From assembly GCA_041484665.1 (NCBI GenBank), contig JBGPIA010000009.1, positions 105,489 to 169,488 on the forward strand: a stretch of DNA of 64,000 nucleotides, given 5' to 3'. Under the pieces are notes generated by a model, which was given only the letters and a program-made list of their open reading frames with translations, searched no databases and was not told the DNA's origin. Source of the DNA: Candidatus Krumholzibacteriia bacterium (GTDB lineage: Bacteria > Krumholzibacteriota > Krumholzibacteriia > JAJRXK01). The position numbers and the translations under genes were made by a program. Below, one piece after another: positions 16,783 through 26,184 of the stretch (the stretch's first letter is position 1; every line of letters starts with the position of its first letter).

Positions 16783-19029
16783 ATGCGCGCGCAGCGGCAG
16801 GCCGCCCAAGCCAAGGCGAGCAGTCCCCTCGGGCAGGGCACCCACGTCGAGGTGGTCCTGCCCGTTCCCGTTTTCCATCCCTTTACCTACCGGGTCCCGC
16901 CCGGGCTGCTGGCCGCGCCGACGGACGCCGCGGCAGCGGAAGATCCGCCCCGCGCGCCCGACCCAATTGCGGCACCCCGGTCGGCGGCGTCGCGCGCGCC
17001 CGCGGAATCGGCCCGGCTCGAATCGGCCCCGCCGCTGCCGACGCTCGTGCCCGGCACCGTGGTCCGCGTGCCGCTGGGGCGCCGCACGTTGACAGGGGTC
17101 GTGCTGCGCCTCGTCCCACCGTCGCAGCGGCGCGGCCTGCGCGACGTGCATGCGATCCTGCCGGCGCCCTACCGGCTGGGTGCCCCCGCGCTGCAGCTGG
17201 CCGCCTGGATCGCCGACTACTACGCCTGCGCGCTCGGCGAGGCGGTCGCGCTCTTGCTGCCTCCCATGCCCGCCACCGCCGCTCGCCGCTCGCCGCTCCT
17301 GCCGGCGCAGGGTCAAGCCGAGGCCGGCCCGTCCCTCAGCGCGGCGCAGGAGCAGGCGGTGCACGCGATCTGCGCGTCCGTGAGCGCCCACCGGTACGCG
17401 AGCTTCCTACTGCACGGCGTCACCGGGAGTGGCAAGACCGAGGTCTACCTGCGCGCGATCGAGGCGGCGATGGCGCACGGGCGCGGCGCGATCGTGCTCC
17501 TGCCGGAGATCTCGCTCACGCCCCAGACCATGGCGCGCATCGCGGCGCGCTTCCCCGGACGCGTCGCGCCCTACCACAGTCGCCTCAGCCACGGTGAGCG
17601 CTGCGCGGTGTGGGAGGCCGCCGCGCGCGGCGAGATCTCGGTGGTGGTGGGGGCGCGCAGCGCGGTGTTCGTGCCGGTGCGGGAGCTGGGCCTGATCGTC
17701 GTCGACGAGGAGCACGAGGGTAGCTACAAGGCCGACGACCGGCCGCGCGCCCACGCGCGTGACGTCGCGCTGATGCGCGGGTCCCTGGAGGGCGCCCCGG
17801 TCGTGCTGGGATCGGCCACGCCCAGCCTGGAGAGTTGGCACAACGCGCGCCGGGGCAAGCACCAGCTGCTCTCCCTGCCGCAGCGGCTGGTCGCCGAGGC
17901 GATGCCATGCGTGGAGGTGATCGACCGGCGCACCGGGCGCGCGGGCCACGTTGGCGCGGAGGGTCCCTCCGGCGCGGACGGTTCCTCCGACGCGTCCCGC
18001 GCGGACGGCGCGGGGAACGACCAGGACGAGCTCGGCCTGATCGGCCCGCGGCTGGGCGCGGCCCTGGAGGAGGCGCTCGCCCGTGGCGAGCAGTCCATCG
18101 TCTTGCACAACCGCCGCGGCTTCGCCCGCTACCTCCAGTGCCGCGCGTGCGGGTACGTGCTGCAGTGCGCGCACTGCGATATCAGCCTCACCTGGCACCT
18201 GCGCGACGACCGCATGCACTGCCACTACTGCGGCTACCGCGCCGCGCGCCCGGCCGCCTGCGGTGGCTGCGGCGCCACGCCGATGCGTCCGCGCGGTGTG
18301 GGAACGCAGCGCGTAGAGGTGGCGTTGCAAGCACGCCTGCCACAGGCTCGCATCCTGCGCCTGGACCAGGACACGACGGCGGGGAAGCGCGGCCACCAGC
18401 GCCTGCTCGACCAGTTCGCGGCTGGGGAGGCCGACCTGCTGGTGGGGACGCAGATGGTGGCCAAGGGGCTGCATTTCCCGAGGGTCACCGTCGTGGGAGT
18501 CGTGGACGCCGACGCGGGTCTGCACTTTCCCGATTTCCGCGCCCACGAGCGCGCGTTCCAGCTGCTGGCGCAGGTGGCCGGGCGCAGTGGCCGGGTCGGG
18601 CCCGGGCGCGTCGTCCTGCAAACCTGGGACCCCGACCACCGCGTCCTGGGCTACGCCCGCGGCCACGACGTGATCGGCTTCCTGGAGGAGGAGCTCTCGC
18701 AACGGCGCGCTCTGGGCTATCCGCCGTGGCGGCGCCTGGCAGCCATCCTGGCCACCGCGCCGCAGGAGGAGGTGCTCGACGCGCTGCTGGCGGCCCTGGG
18801 GCATCGGCTTCCCGGGGTGCTCCCACCCGCAGTCCAGCTGCTGGGGCCGGCGCGGGCGGTGCTGGCGCGGATCAATCGCCGTTACCGGGGACAGATCCTG
18901 CTCAAGGGCAACCTGGGGACGGCGGGCAAGCGCGCTGTGCTGGACCTTCTCGAGCAGGTGCGCGAGCGGACGCCCGGGGGGTGGCGCGCCGACCTGGCGC
19001 TGGACGTGGACCCCCAGCAGCTGCTCTGA
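16783..19029 (+). CDS. priA: Primosomal protein N' helicase
   Basis: LHGVTGSGKTEVY, PEISLTPQ, DEEH, SATPS, two Cys4 clusters, GTQMVAKG, QVAGRSGR, DVDP. Confidence 0.95.
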   Translation: MRAQRQAAQAKASSPLGQGTHVEVVLPVPVFHPFTYRVPPGLLAAPTDAAAAEDPPRAPDPIAAPRSAASRAPAESARLESAPPLPTLVPGTVVRVPLGRRTLTGVVLRLVPPSQRRGLRDVHAILPAPYRLGAPALQLAAWIADYYACALGEAVALLLPPMPATAARRSPLLPAQGQAEAGPSLSAAQEQAVHAICASVSAHRYASFLLHGVTGSGKTEVYLRAIEAAMAHGRGAIVLLPEISLTPQTMARIAARFPGRVAPYHSRLSHGERCAVWEAAARGEISVVVGARSAVFVPVRELGLIVVDEEHEGSYKADDRPRAHARDVALMRGSLEGAPVVLGSATPSLESWHNARRGKHQLLSLPQRLVAEAMPCVEVIDRRTGRAGHVGAEGPSGADGSSDASRADGAGNDQDELGLIGPRLGAALEEALARGEQSIVLHNRRGFARYLQCRACGYVLQCAHCDISLTWHLRDDRMHCHYCGYRAARPAACGGCGATPMRPRGVGTQRVEVALQARLPQARILRLDQDTTAGKRGHQRLLDQFAAGEADLLVGTQMVAKGLHFPRVTVVGVVDADAGLHFPDFRAHERAFQLLAQVAGRSGRVGPGRVVLQTWDPDHRVLGYARGHDVIGFLEEELSQRRALGYPPWRRLAAILATAPQEEVLDALLAALGHRLPGVLPPAVQLLGPARAVLARINRRYRGQILLKGNLGTAGKRAVLDLLEQVRERTPGGWRADLALDVDPQQLL

Positions 19030-19099
19030 CCGTGGGGGCGGTCCCAAAGGCGACGCGGGAGCATCGGGACCGGAACCGGTCGAACCTCGTGCGGGAGTG

Positions 19100-19129
19100 T
19101 TGACACAGGCGCCGGCCGAGCCTTATATA
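19100..19129 (+). promoter_or_regulatory. Sigma70-type promoter
   Basis: TTGACA followed after 17-18 bp by TTATAT/TATATA. Confidence 0.55.
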
Positions 19130-19348
19130 GAACGCAGACAGGGCGCGGCTGCTGGCCGCGCAGGGACGTGGGGATCCCGGCCGAGAGTTCGCCTCACCTC
19201 TTCTCCATCCTTCAGCTCCCACCCGAAGACGTCGCAGGCGGCCAGAGACCGCCCTCGGGCTTCCTCGCGGGGATGGACGCGCCGGCGAGACCGTCGCAAC
19301 CCTGGAACCTCCCGGAAGCTGCTCGACCATCGCCCAAGGGGGCGCTTC

Positions 19349-20641
19349 ATGCGCAAGTCGGATCGGATGGTGGCCGTCGTCGTGGCCGCGGTCGCGGGCC
19401 TCTCAGCGTGCAAGAACCCGTTCACCACTTCGGGGCTCCTGTACAACGACCTGCAACAGTACCGCAAGGCCGAGGCCGCGTTCCGGCGCGCTCTCGAGGA
19501 CAACCCCAAGGACAGCGAGGCGCTGTTCAACCTGGCCCGCACGGTGGCGTTCCGGGCCGAGGAAGACCTCAAGAACAGTGCCCGCACCGACGACGAGATC
19601 CGCCGGGACCGCAATCTACAGAAGGACAAGAATCTGGTCGGCCGGCTGGACGACCCGGCTGCCTTCCGGGCCGCCTGCTTCGACTCGGCGAAGGTCCTCT
19701 ACTCCATGGCCACCGAGTTCTACAACAAGGCGGCGGTCGTCGACAGCCTGACCTACGGCAAGCTCGCCCACGACAACATCCAGAGCAACTACTCCCACGC
19801 CTTCAACCGCGCCGTGGCGCTCAAGGACCAGGATCGCTGGGACGAGTCCGCCCGCTACTTCGAGCTGGCGTATGCCGTGGACTCGAGCGGAGAGAACGGC
19901 CTGCGCGCTCGCCGGCCCATCGTCCAGGTGCAGCTCAAGCTGGCCCAGAACGAGCTGCAGGCGGCCAAGACCGACACCGACAACGCGGCACAGGCCCGGG
20001 CCGAGGCGCGGGTCGACGGCGCGGTCAAGATTCTCGACGACATGATCGCCCATTCCTCCGATCCGAAGGCGAAACGCTCGCTGGTCGACGACAAGATCAA
20101 GGCGCTGCGGATGGTGGGACGCACCGCCGAGGCCGAGGCGCTACGCGAGGGGTTGTTGGCCGAGAACCCCGACGACCTCGAGTTGATCTACGCGATCGCC
20201 AACGAGCGCATGAGCGCCAACAAGTTCGCCGAGGCCGCCGACCTCTACCAGCGCGGGGTGGTGCAGATCGAGAAGGACCCCGGGCTCAATGAGAGCGGGC
20301 TGTACGACGACCTGTACTACCTGCTGGGCCTCTCCCGCTTCCAGACCGGGACACCCGATGGGTATCGGGCTGCCATTCCCGCGTGCGAAAAGGCGCTCGC
20401 ATTGGCCAAGACGAAGGACACCAAGACCGACGTCGTGGAGACATTGGCGCTGAGCAACTTCGAGCTGGAGCAATATGCGCCGGCGATCGAGTACGCCAAG
20501 CAGTTGGTGGAGCTCGTGCCGGCCAACCAACGCGCCTGGGCGGTCCTCTGCCGCGCCTATACGCGCAACAACCAGCCGAAGGAGGCTGAGGAGGCCTGCA
20601 AGCGCTACGAGGAGCTGAAGGGCAGCCAACCGGGCTCATAA
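19349..20641 (+). CDS. TPR-containing lipoprotein
   Basis: Signal peptide with lipobox LSAC; multiple TPR-like repeats. Confidence 0.8.
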   Translation: MRKSDRMVAVVVAAVAGLSACKNPFTTSGLLYNDLQQYRKAEAAFRRALEDNPKDSEALFNLARTVAFRAEEDLKNSARTDDEIRRDRNLQKDKNLVGRLDDPAAFRAACFDSAKVLYSMATEFYNKAAVVDSLTYGKLAHDNIQSNYSHAFNRAVALKDQDRWDESARYFELAYAVDSSGENGLRARRPIVQVQLKLAQNELQAAKTDTDNAAQARAEARVDGAVKILDDMIAHSSDPKAKRSLVDDKIKALRMVGRTAEAEALREGLLAENPDDLELIYAIANERMSANKFAEAADLYQRGVVQIEKDPGLNESGLYDDLYYLLGLSRFQTGTPDGYRAAIPACEKALALAKTKDTKTDVVETLALSNFELEQYAPAIEYAKQLVELVPANQRAWAVLCRAYTRNNQPKEAEEACKRYEELKGSQPGS

Positions 20642-20659
20642 GCCCCTCCCGGGGCCGGT

Positions 20660-20675
20660 TGGCAAGTGGTTTGCA
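20660..20675 (+). promoter_or_regulatory. Sigma54-type (-24/-12) promoter upstream of rho
   Basis: TGGCAAGTGGTTTGCA, near consensus TGGCA-N6-TTGCA with GG-N10-GC spacing. Confidence 0.6.
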
Positions 20676-20894
20676 AGGGGTGGGGAGGAGGCCACCCCGC
20701 GCGCGCCGCCCCCGTGGCGGCTTCAAGACGAGCACGGGACAGGATCTTCGTTCCAGGGCCAACCGCCTGGCACCCGCCGGCGGCACGCCCCTCCCATCAT
20801 CGAGAACGCAACCGATAAGAAGCGGTCCTCCCGCCGGAGGACCTCGGCTCTCAGCCGGGCCGCCCGTGCGGCCCAGGCGGCGGAGCCGGAGACG

Positions 20895-22298
20895 GTGCCC
20901 GAGCTCGAGCCCGTCGTCGAGGCCGCGCTGTCTCCTCCACCCCCTCCCATGTCGGAAGACACGATTATGTCCACGGTGAATACCATCGGCAGCTCCGGTA
21001 CCGGCCAGGACCTCAACATCGGCGAGCTGAAGCAGAAGAACATCCAGGAGCTGATGCTGATCGCCGAGCAGCACGGCATCGAGGGCGTCGCCCACCTGCG
21101 CAAGCAGGAGCTGATCTTCAAGGTGCTGGAGTCGCAGGCGCAGCACGGCGGGATCATCTACGCCGACGGCGTCTTGCAGGTGCTGGCGGAGGGCTACGGG
21201 TTCCTGCGCTCGCCCGACTACAACTACCTCCCGGGGCCCGATGACATCTATCTGTCGCCCTCGCAGATCAAGAAGTTCGATCTGCGCACCGGCGACACCA
21301 TCAGTGGCCAGGTTCGCCCGCCCAAGGAGGGGGAGCGCTACTTCGCGCTTTTGAAGGTCGAGGCGGTCAATTTCGAGAGTCCCGACATCGCCAAGAGCAA
21401 GCCGCTGTTCGACAACCTCACGGCGCTCTATCCCGACGACCGGTTCTGGCTGGCCGACCGCAATGGCGGCGTCAACGGCAGCGGCAAGGAGGCGGCCGGG
21501 CGCAGCGACCTGAGCATGCGCGTGATCGACCTGCTGTGCCCCATTGGCAAGGGGCAGCGCGGACTGATCGTCTCGCCGCCGCGCGCGGGCAAGACGGTCC
21601 TGCTGCAGAAGATCGCCAACTCGATCACCAAGAACCATCCCGAGGTGATCCTCATCGTGCTGCTCATCGACGAGCGCCCCGAGGAGGTCACCGACATGGC
21701 TCGCACGGTGCGCGGCGAGGTGGTCAGCTCCACATTCGACGAGCCGGCCGAGCGTCACGTGCAGGTGGCGGGCATGGTGATCAAGAAGGCCAAGCGCCTG
21801 GTCGAGCACGGCCACGACGTGGTGATCCTGCTGGACTCCATCACCCGTCTGGCCCGCGCCCACAACACGGTGGTGCCCCACAGCGGCAAGATCCTCTCCG
21901 GCGGCGTGGACGCCAACGCCTTGCAGCGGCCCAAGCGCTTCTTCGGGGCGGCTCGCAATGTGGAAGAGGGGGGCAGCCTCAGCATCGTCGCCACCGCGCT
22001 CATCGACACCGGCAGCCGCATGGACGAGGTGATCTTCGAGGAGTTCAAGGGCACGGGGAACATGGAGCTGGTGCTCGACCGCAAGCTGGCCGACCGGCGC
22101 ATCTTCCCGGCGATCGACATCTTCAAGAGCGGCACGCGCAAGGAAGAACTCCTGATCGATCCCAAGGAGCTCAACAAGATCTGGATCCTGCGGAAGTTCC
22201 TCAACGACCGCAGCCCGCAGGAGGCCATGGAGTTCCTCCTGGACAAGTTCACCAAGACCGAGAACAACCGGCAGTTTCTCGACTCGATGAACGCCTGA
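20895..22298 (+). CDS. rho: Transcription termination factor Rho (start uncertain: 20895, 20949 or 20967)
   Basis: [67 protein letters not shown]. Confidence 0.97.
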   Translation: MPELEPVVEAALSPPPPPMSEDTIMSTVNTIGSSGTGQDLNIGELKQKNIQELMLIAEQHGIEGVAHLRKQELIFKVLESQAQHGGIIYADGVLQVLAEGYGFLRSPDYNYLPGPDDIYLSPSQIKKFDLRTGDTISGQVRPPKEGERYFALLKVEAVNFESPDIAKSKPLFDNLTALYPDDRFWLADRNGGVNGSGKEAAGRSDLSMRVIDLLCPIGKGQRGLIVSPPRAGKTVLLQKIANSITKNHPEVILIVLLIDERPEEVTDMARTVRGEVVSSTFDEPAERHVQVAGMVIKKAKRLVEHGHDVVILLDSITRLARAHNTVVPHSGKILSGGVDANALQRPKRFFGAARNVEEGGSLSIVATALIDTGSRMDEVIFEEFKGTGNMELVLDRKLADRRIFPAIDIFKSGTRKEELLIDPKELNKIWILRKFLNDRSPQEAMEFLLDKFTKTENNRQFLDSMNA

Positions 22299-22535
22299 GC
22301 TCGCGCAACGCCCGAGGATCGCGAGCGCACCAGGTGGCGGCCCGGCCGGGGCCGCGGCCGCGCCGCGCGGCGCCCTGGAAGCGGCCGGCCGCCCGGCCGG
22401 GATGGCGCAGCCGGGATGGCGCCACCTGGCGGGGGTGCGGTGGGTGTGCTAGCCTTGTCCGTCCGGCCACTGGCGGCCGGGATCCCGGGGGCACCGCTAA
22501 TGGCGCCCCGTTACCGTGAGGACGCAGCAGAGGCC

Positions 22536-22760
22536 ATGAAGCAGGGCATCCATCCCGAATACAAGCTGACGCGCATCATCTGCCTGTGCGGCAACGTGGT
22601 CGAGACGCGCTCGACCGCCGGCAAGGATATCCACGTGGAGATCTGCTCCACCTGCCACCCGTTCTTCACGGGCAAGCAGAAGATCGTGGACACCGCCGGG
22701 CGCGTGGAGCGATTCCGCCGCCGCTACAAGGAAGGCGCCGGCAAGCCGGCCACCAAGTAG
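22536..22760 (+). CDS. rpmE: 50S ribosomal protein L31 (zinc-binding type)
   Basis: [29 protein letters not shown]. Confidence 0.96.
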   Translation: MKQGIHPEYKLTRIICLCGNVVETRSTAGKDIHVEICSTCHPFFTGKQKIVDTAGRVERFRRRYKEGAGKPATK

Positions 22761-22833
22761 ACCGACCCCCCCACCGTCCCGCTCGCGCGCGCCGCGCTCC
22801 GCGGGGCGCCCTCGAGCGCAGCCCAGGTGCCCG

Positions 22834-23793
22834 ATGACCGACCGTACCCGGTCGTTCGATCCACGCAGCCTCGACCTGGCCGTGGGCGGCCAGGCCGTGA
22901 TCGAGGGCGTCATGATGCGCTGCCCCACTGCGGTGGCGACCGCCGTGCGCACTCCGGGGGGCGGGATCGTGGTACGCCGCCGTCCGTACAGTAGTGCCAC
23001 GCGCCGACTGCGCCTGGGCAAGGTGCCCTTCGTGCGCGGTGCGGTAACCCTGGTCGAGACCATGGCGGTCGGTCTGGGCAGCCTGATGTTCAGCGCCGAG
23101 CAGGCCATGGAGGACCAGGTCGTGACACAGAAGAAGGCCTCCACGACCGACCGGCTGATGCTGGCCGGCACGGTGGTGGTGGCCTTCGCCGTCAGCCTGG
23201 CGCTGTTCTTCTTCCTCCCGCTCTTGTTGACCGAGCTCACGGGCGTGCGCAGCGGGCTGGGGTTCAACCTGATCGACGGGGCGCTGCGCCTGGGCGTGTT
23301 CCTGCTCTACCTGATCGCCATGTCGCGGCTACCGGATATGAAGCGCTTGTTCCAGTACCACGGGGCCGAGCACAAGACGATCCACACCTTCGAGAACGGC
23401 CTCCCGCTCACCCCGGACAACGCCCAGCGCTTCCCGACCCTGCACCCGCGCTGCGGCACCAGCTTCCTGTTCTTCGTGATGCTGACCAGCGTGCTGGTCT
23501 TCCTCACGCTGGGGAGGCCCGACAACCTGGGGGAGCGGCTCCAGCGGCTGGCCTTCGTGCCGGTGATCGGCGGGATCGCCTACGAGGTGATCCGCCTCAG
23601 CGGGCGCTACGCCAAGGCGGTGTGGATCCGGCCTCTGATCTGGCCGGGCCTGATGCTGCAGAAGCTCACCACCAGCGAGCCGAGCCGCGAGCAGCTCGAG
23701 GTGGCGATCGCGGCGCTCACCTCGGTGCTCGACGTGCAGGCTGCCGACTTCGCCGAGAAGACCTACCTGGAGCTCGCCCAGGCGGCATCCTGA
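22834..23793 (+). CDS. DUF1385 membrane protein (putative metallopeptidase)
   Basis: GGQAVIEGVMMR, YHGAEHK, HPRCGTSF, LQKLTT.EP; typical position between rpmE and prfA. Confidence 0.9.
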   Translation: MTDRTRSFDPRSLDLAVGGQAVIEGVMMRCPTAVATAVRTPGGGIVVRRRPYSSATRRLRLGKVPFVRGAVTLVETMAVGLGSLMFSAEQAMEDQVVTQKKASTTDRLMLAGTVVVAFAVSLALFFFLPLLLTELTGVRSGLGFNLIDGALRLGVFLLYLIAMSRLPDMKRLFQYHGAEHKTIHTFENGLPLTPDNAQRFPTLHPRCGTSFLFFVMLTSVLVFLTLGRPDNLGERLQRLAFVPVIGGIAYEVIRLSGRYAKAVWIRPLIWPGLMLQKLTTSEPSREQLEVAIAALTSVLDVQAADFAEKTYLELAQAAS

Positions 23794-23842
23794 ACCGCCG
23801 CGCGCGCGGGCGCGCCGCAGGCGCACTGTGGCCGAAAGCTCC

Positions 23843-25036
23843 ATGCGCGAGATCCTCCAAGCCAAACTGGCGCGCCTGAGCGACCTGGAGCGGGCGCTCG
23901 CCGACCCGGCGCTGGTCAACGACCGCGTGCGCTACCGCGAGGTCAACCAGGAGTACGCCCAGTTGCGCGAGCTGGGGCAGCACGCCACGCGTTACCTGCA
24001 GATGCTCGACGGGCTGCAGGGGGCGCGGTCGTTGCTCGAGTCGGAGACGGATCCGGAGATGCGGGCACTGGCCAAGGACGAGCTGACGCAGCTCGAGGCC
24101 GAACTCCCCCCCCTGGAGCGCACGCTCAAGGAACTGCTGCTGCCCCGGGACCCCGACGACTCCCGTGATGCGATCCTGGAGGTGCGCGCCGGAACGGGCG
24201 GCGAGGAGGCGGCGCTGTTCGCCCAGGAGGTCGCCCGCATGTACCAGCGCTACGCCGAGCGGCGCCGCTGGAAGATGGAGATGCTGCAGCTCTCCGCCTC
24301 GGCCACGGGTGGCATCAAGGAGGCGATCTTCAGCCTGCAGGGGGAGAACGCCTACGGCACGCTGCGCAACGAGAGCGGCGTGCACCGCGTCCAGCGCGTG
24401 CCCGTGACCGAGAGCAGCGGCCGTATCCATACCTCCGCGTGCTCGGTGGCCGTGCTGCCCGAGGCGGAGGAGGTCGAGGTGCAGATCAGCCCCCAGGACC
24501 TGCGGATCGACGTGTTCCGCAGTGGTGGGCCCGGCGGCCAGAGCGTCAAAACCACCGACAGCGCCGTGCGGGTGACGCACGTTCCCACCGGCATGATCGT
24601 GATCTGCCAGGACGAGAAGAGCCAGCACAAGAACAAGGCCAAGGCGCTGAAGGTGCTGCGCGCGCGCCTGTACGAGCGGGCGCGCAGCGAGCAGCTCGAG
24701 AAGGAGGCCGCAGCGCGCCGCCAGCAGGTGGGGACCGGCGACCGCAGCGAGAAGATCCGCACGTACAACTTCCCCCAATCGCGCGTCACCGACCATCGCG
24801 TCGGGTACACCACGCACAATCTGCAGGACGTCCTCGACGGCAACCTCGACGAGCTCCTCCAGGTCGTGATCGCGCACTTCCGCGAGCGGCGCCTGGCCCA
24901 GAGCGCGCAGGGCCAGCCCAGCACGCTGAGCATGCCGGGTGGACCCGGCGCGACCGGCACGTCCAGCGCCTCTGGCGTGCCGAGCGCCCCGGGCGCCCGC
25001 GGCGCGGGGAGCCCCCCGGGCACCCCGGGCTCGTAG
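23843..25036 (+). CDS. prfA: Peptide chain release factor 1
   Basis: EVRAGTGGEEA, HRVQRVPVT (PxT), GGQ, RSEKIRTYNFPQ. Confidence 0.96.
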   Translation: MREILQAKLARLSDLERALADPALVNDRVRYREVNQEYAQLRELGQHATRYLQMLDGLQGARSLLESETDPEMRALAKDELTQLEAELPPLERTLKELLLPRDPDDSRDAILEVRAGTGGEEAALFAQEVARMYQRYAERRRWKMEMLQLSASATGGIKEAIFSLQGENAYGTLRNESGVHRVQRVPVTESSGRIHTSACSVAVLPEAEEVEVQISPQDLRIDVFRSGGPGGQSVKTTDSAVRVTHVPTGMIVICQDEKSQHKNKAKALKVLRARLYERARSEQLEKEAAARRQQVGTGDRSEKIRTYNFPQSRVTDHRVGYTTHNLQDVLDGNLDELLQVVIAHFRERRLAQSAQGQPSTLSMPGGPGATGTSSASGVPSAPGARGAGSPPGTPGS

Positions 25037-25039
25037 GCG

Positions 25040-25951
25040 ATGGCCGCGGACGGCCGGCCAGAGCAGCGGCAGTTGTGGACGCCGCTCGCCCTGATCAAGG
25101 TCTGCGCCGAGTACCTCGCCGAGCATCACGTGCCCTCACCGCGGCTGAATGCGGAGCTCCTGCTCTCCCATGTGCTGGGGGTGCCGCGGTTGAAGCTCTA
25201 TCTGGATTTCGAGCGGCCGATCGTCCAGGGCGAGCTGGACCGCTACCGCGACCTCGTTCGCCAACGCGGCCGCCGCGTGCCGCTGCAGTTGCTCACCGGC
25301 GAGGCGCACCTGCTGGACCTCACGCTCACGGTGCGGCCCGGCGTGTTCATCCCGCGGCCGGAGACCGAGACGCTGATCGAGGTGGCGCGGGGACTGTTCG
25401 CGGCCGACGCGCCGCCGCGGACGATCGTGGAGGTGGGCATCGGGACGGGCTGCATCGGGATCGCGCTGCTCGCGCACTGGCCGTCGGCGAGACTCACCGG
25501 GTTCGACCTGGACGGGGCAGCCGTCGAGCTGGCGCGTGCCAACGCGCAGCGACTGGGAGTTGCGGAGCGCGCGACGTTCGCGGCGGGGGACCCGCTGGGG
25601 GAGGCCGCGGCGGGTCAAAGCGCCGGTATGGACGTGACCGGCGACTGTGACCTGCTCGTCTCCAACCCACCCTACGTGCGCCGCGCGGACATCGCTGGCC
25701 TGCCCCCCGAGGTGCGCGACCACGATCCGCACGCCGCGCTCGACGGCGGGCTGGACGGACTGGAGGTGATCCGGCGCCTGGTGACCTGGGGCGCGCGGGC
25801 GCTGCGCCGGGGCGGCTGGATGGTCTTCGAGCACGGCGACGAGCAGGCGAACGCGTGCGCTGCGCTGCTTGCAGCCGCCGGGTTCGCGGCGGTCGTCGAC
25901 CACCATGACCTCGGCGGGCGGCCGCGGGTGGCGGTGGGCCGCTGGGCCTGA
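25040..25951 (+). CDS. prmC: Release factor glutamine methyltransferase
   Basis: IPRPETE, GIGTGCI, SNPPY, ALDGG.DGL. Confidence 0.94.
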   Translation: MAADGRPEQRQLWTPLALIKVCAEYLAEHHVPSPRLNAELLLSHVLGVPRLKLYLDFERPIVQGELDRYRDLVRQRGRRVPLQLLTGEAHLLDLTLTVRPGVFIPRPETETLIEVARGLFAADAPPRTIVEVGIGTGCIGIALLAHWPSARLTGFDLDGAAVELARANAQRLGVAERATFAAGDPLGEAAAGQSAGMDVTGDCDLLVSNPPYVRRADIAGLPPEVRDHDPHAALDGGLDGLEVIRRLVTWGARALRRGGWMVFEHGDEQANACAALLAAAGFAAVVDHHDLGGRPRVAVGRWA

Positions 25952-26184
25952 CCGGCCGCTGGCGCCGGGGCGGGTCGTTGGTGCCGCTGGGCCGGGCCCA
26001 CCCGCCTAGCGGTGGCTCCACGCACGCTTCGCCCGGTCGCACCTTGCATTGGTAATCTGGTGGCGGAGGATGCGTGGAGCTTGCCGCTGCGCGTCCGACC
26101 GCCCAGTGTACCGGGGGGACCAGTTCGCGCTGCAGCCAGACCCGGGGTCCAGCCCCCCGCGGGGGAAGGGAATCCGCCCAGACC

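Noticed and set aside
22299..22420. GC hairpins after rho and other genes as intrinsic terminators
   Set aside because: No U-tracts follow them, and such stems are expected by chance at this GC content
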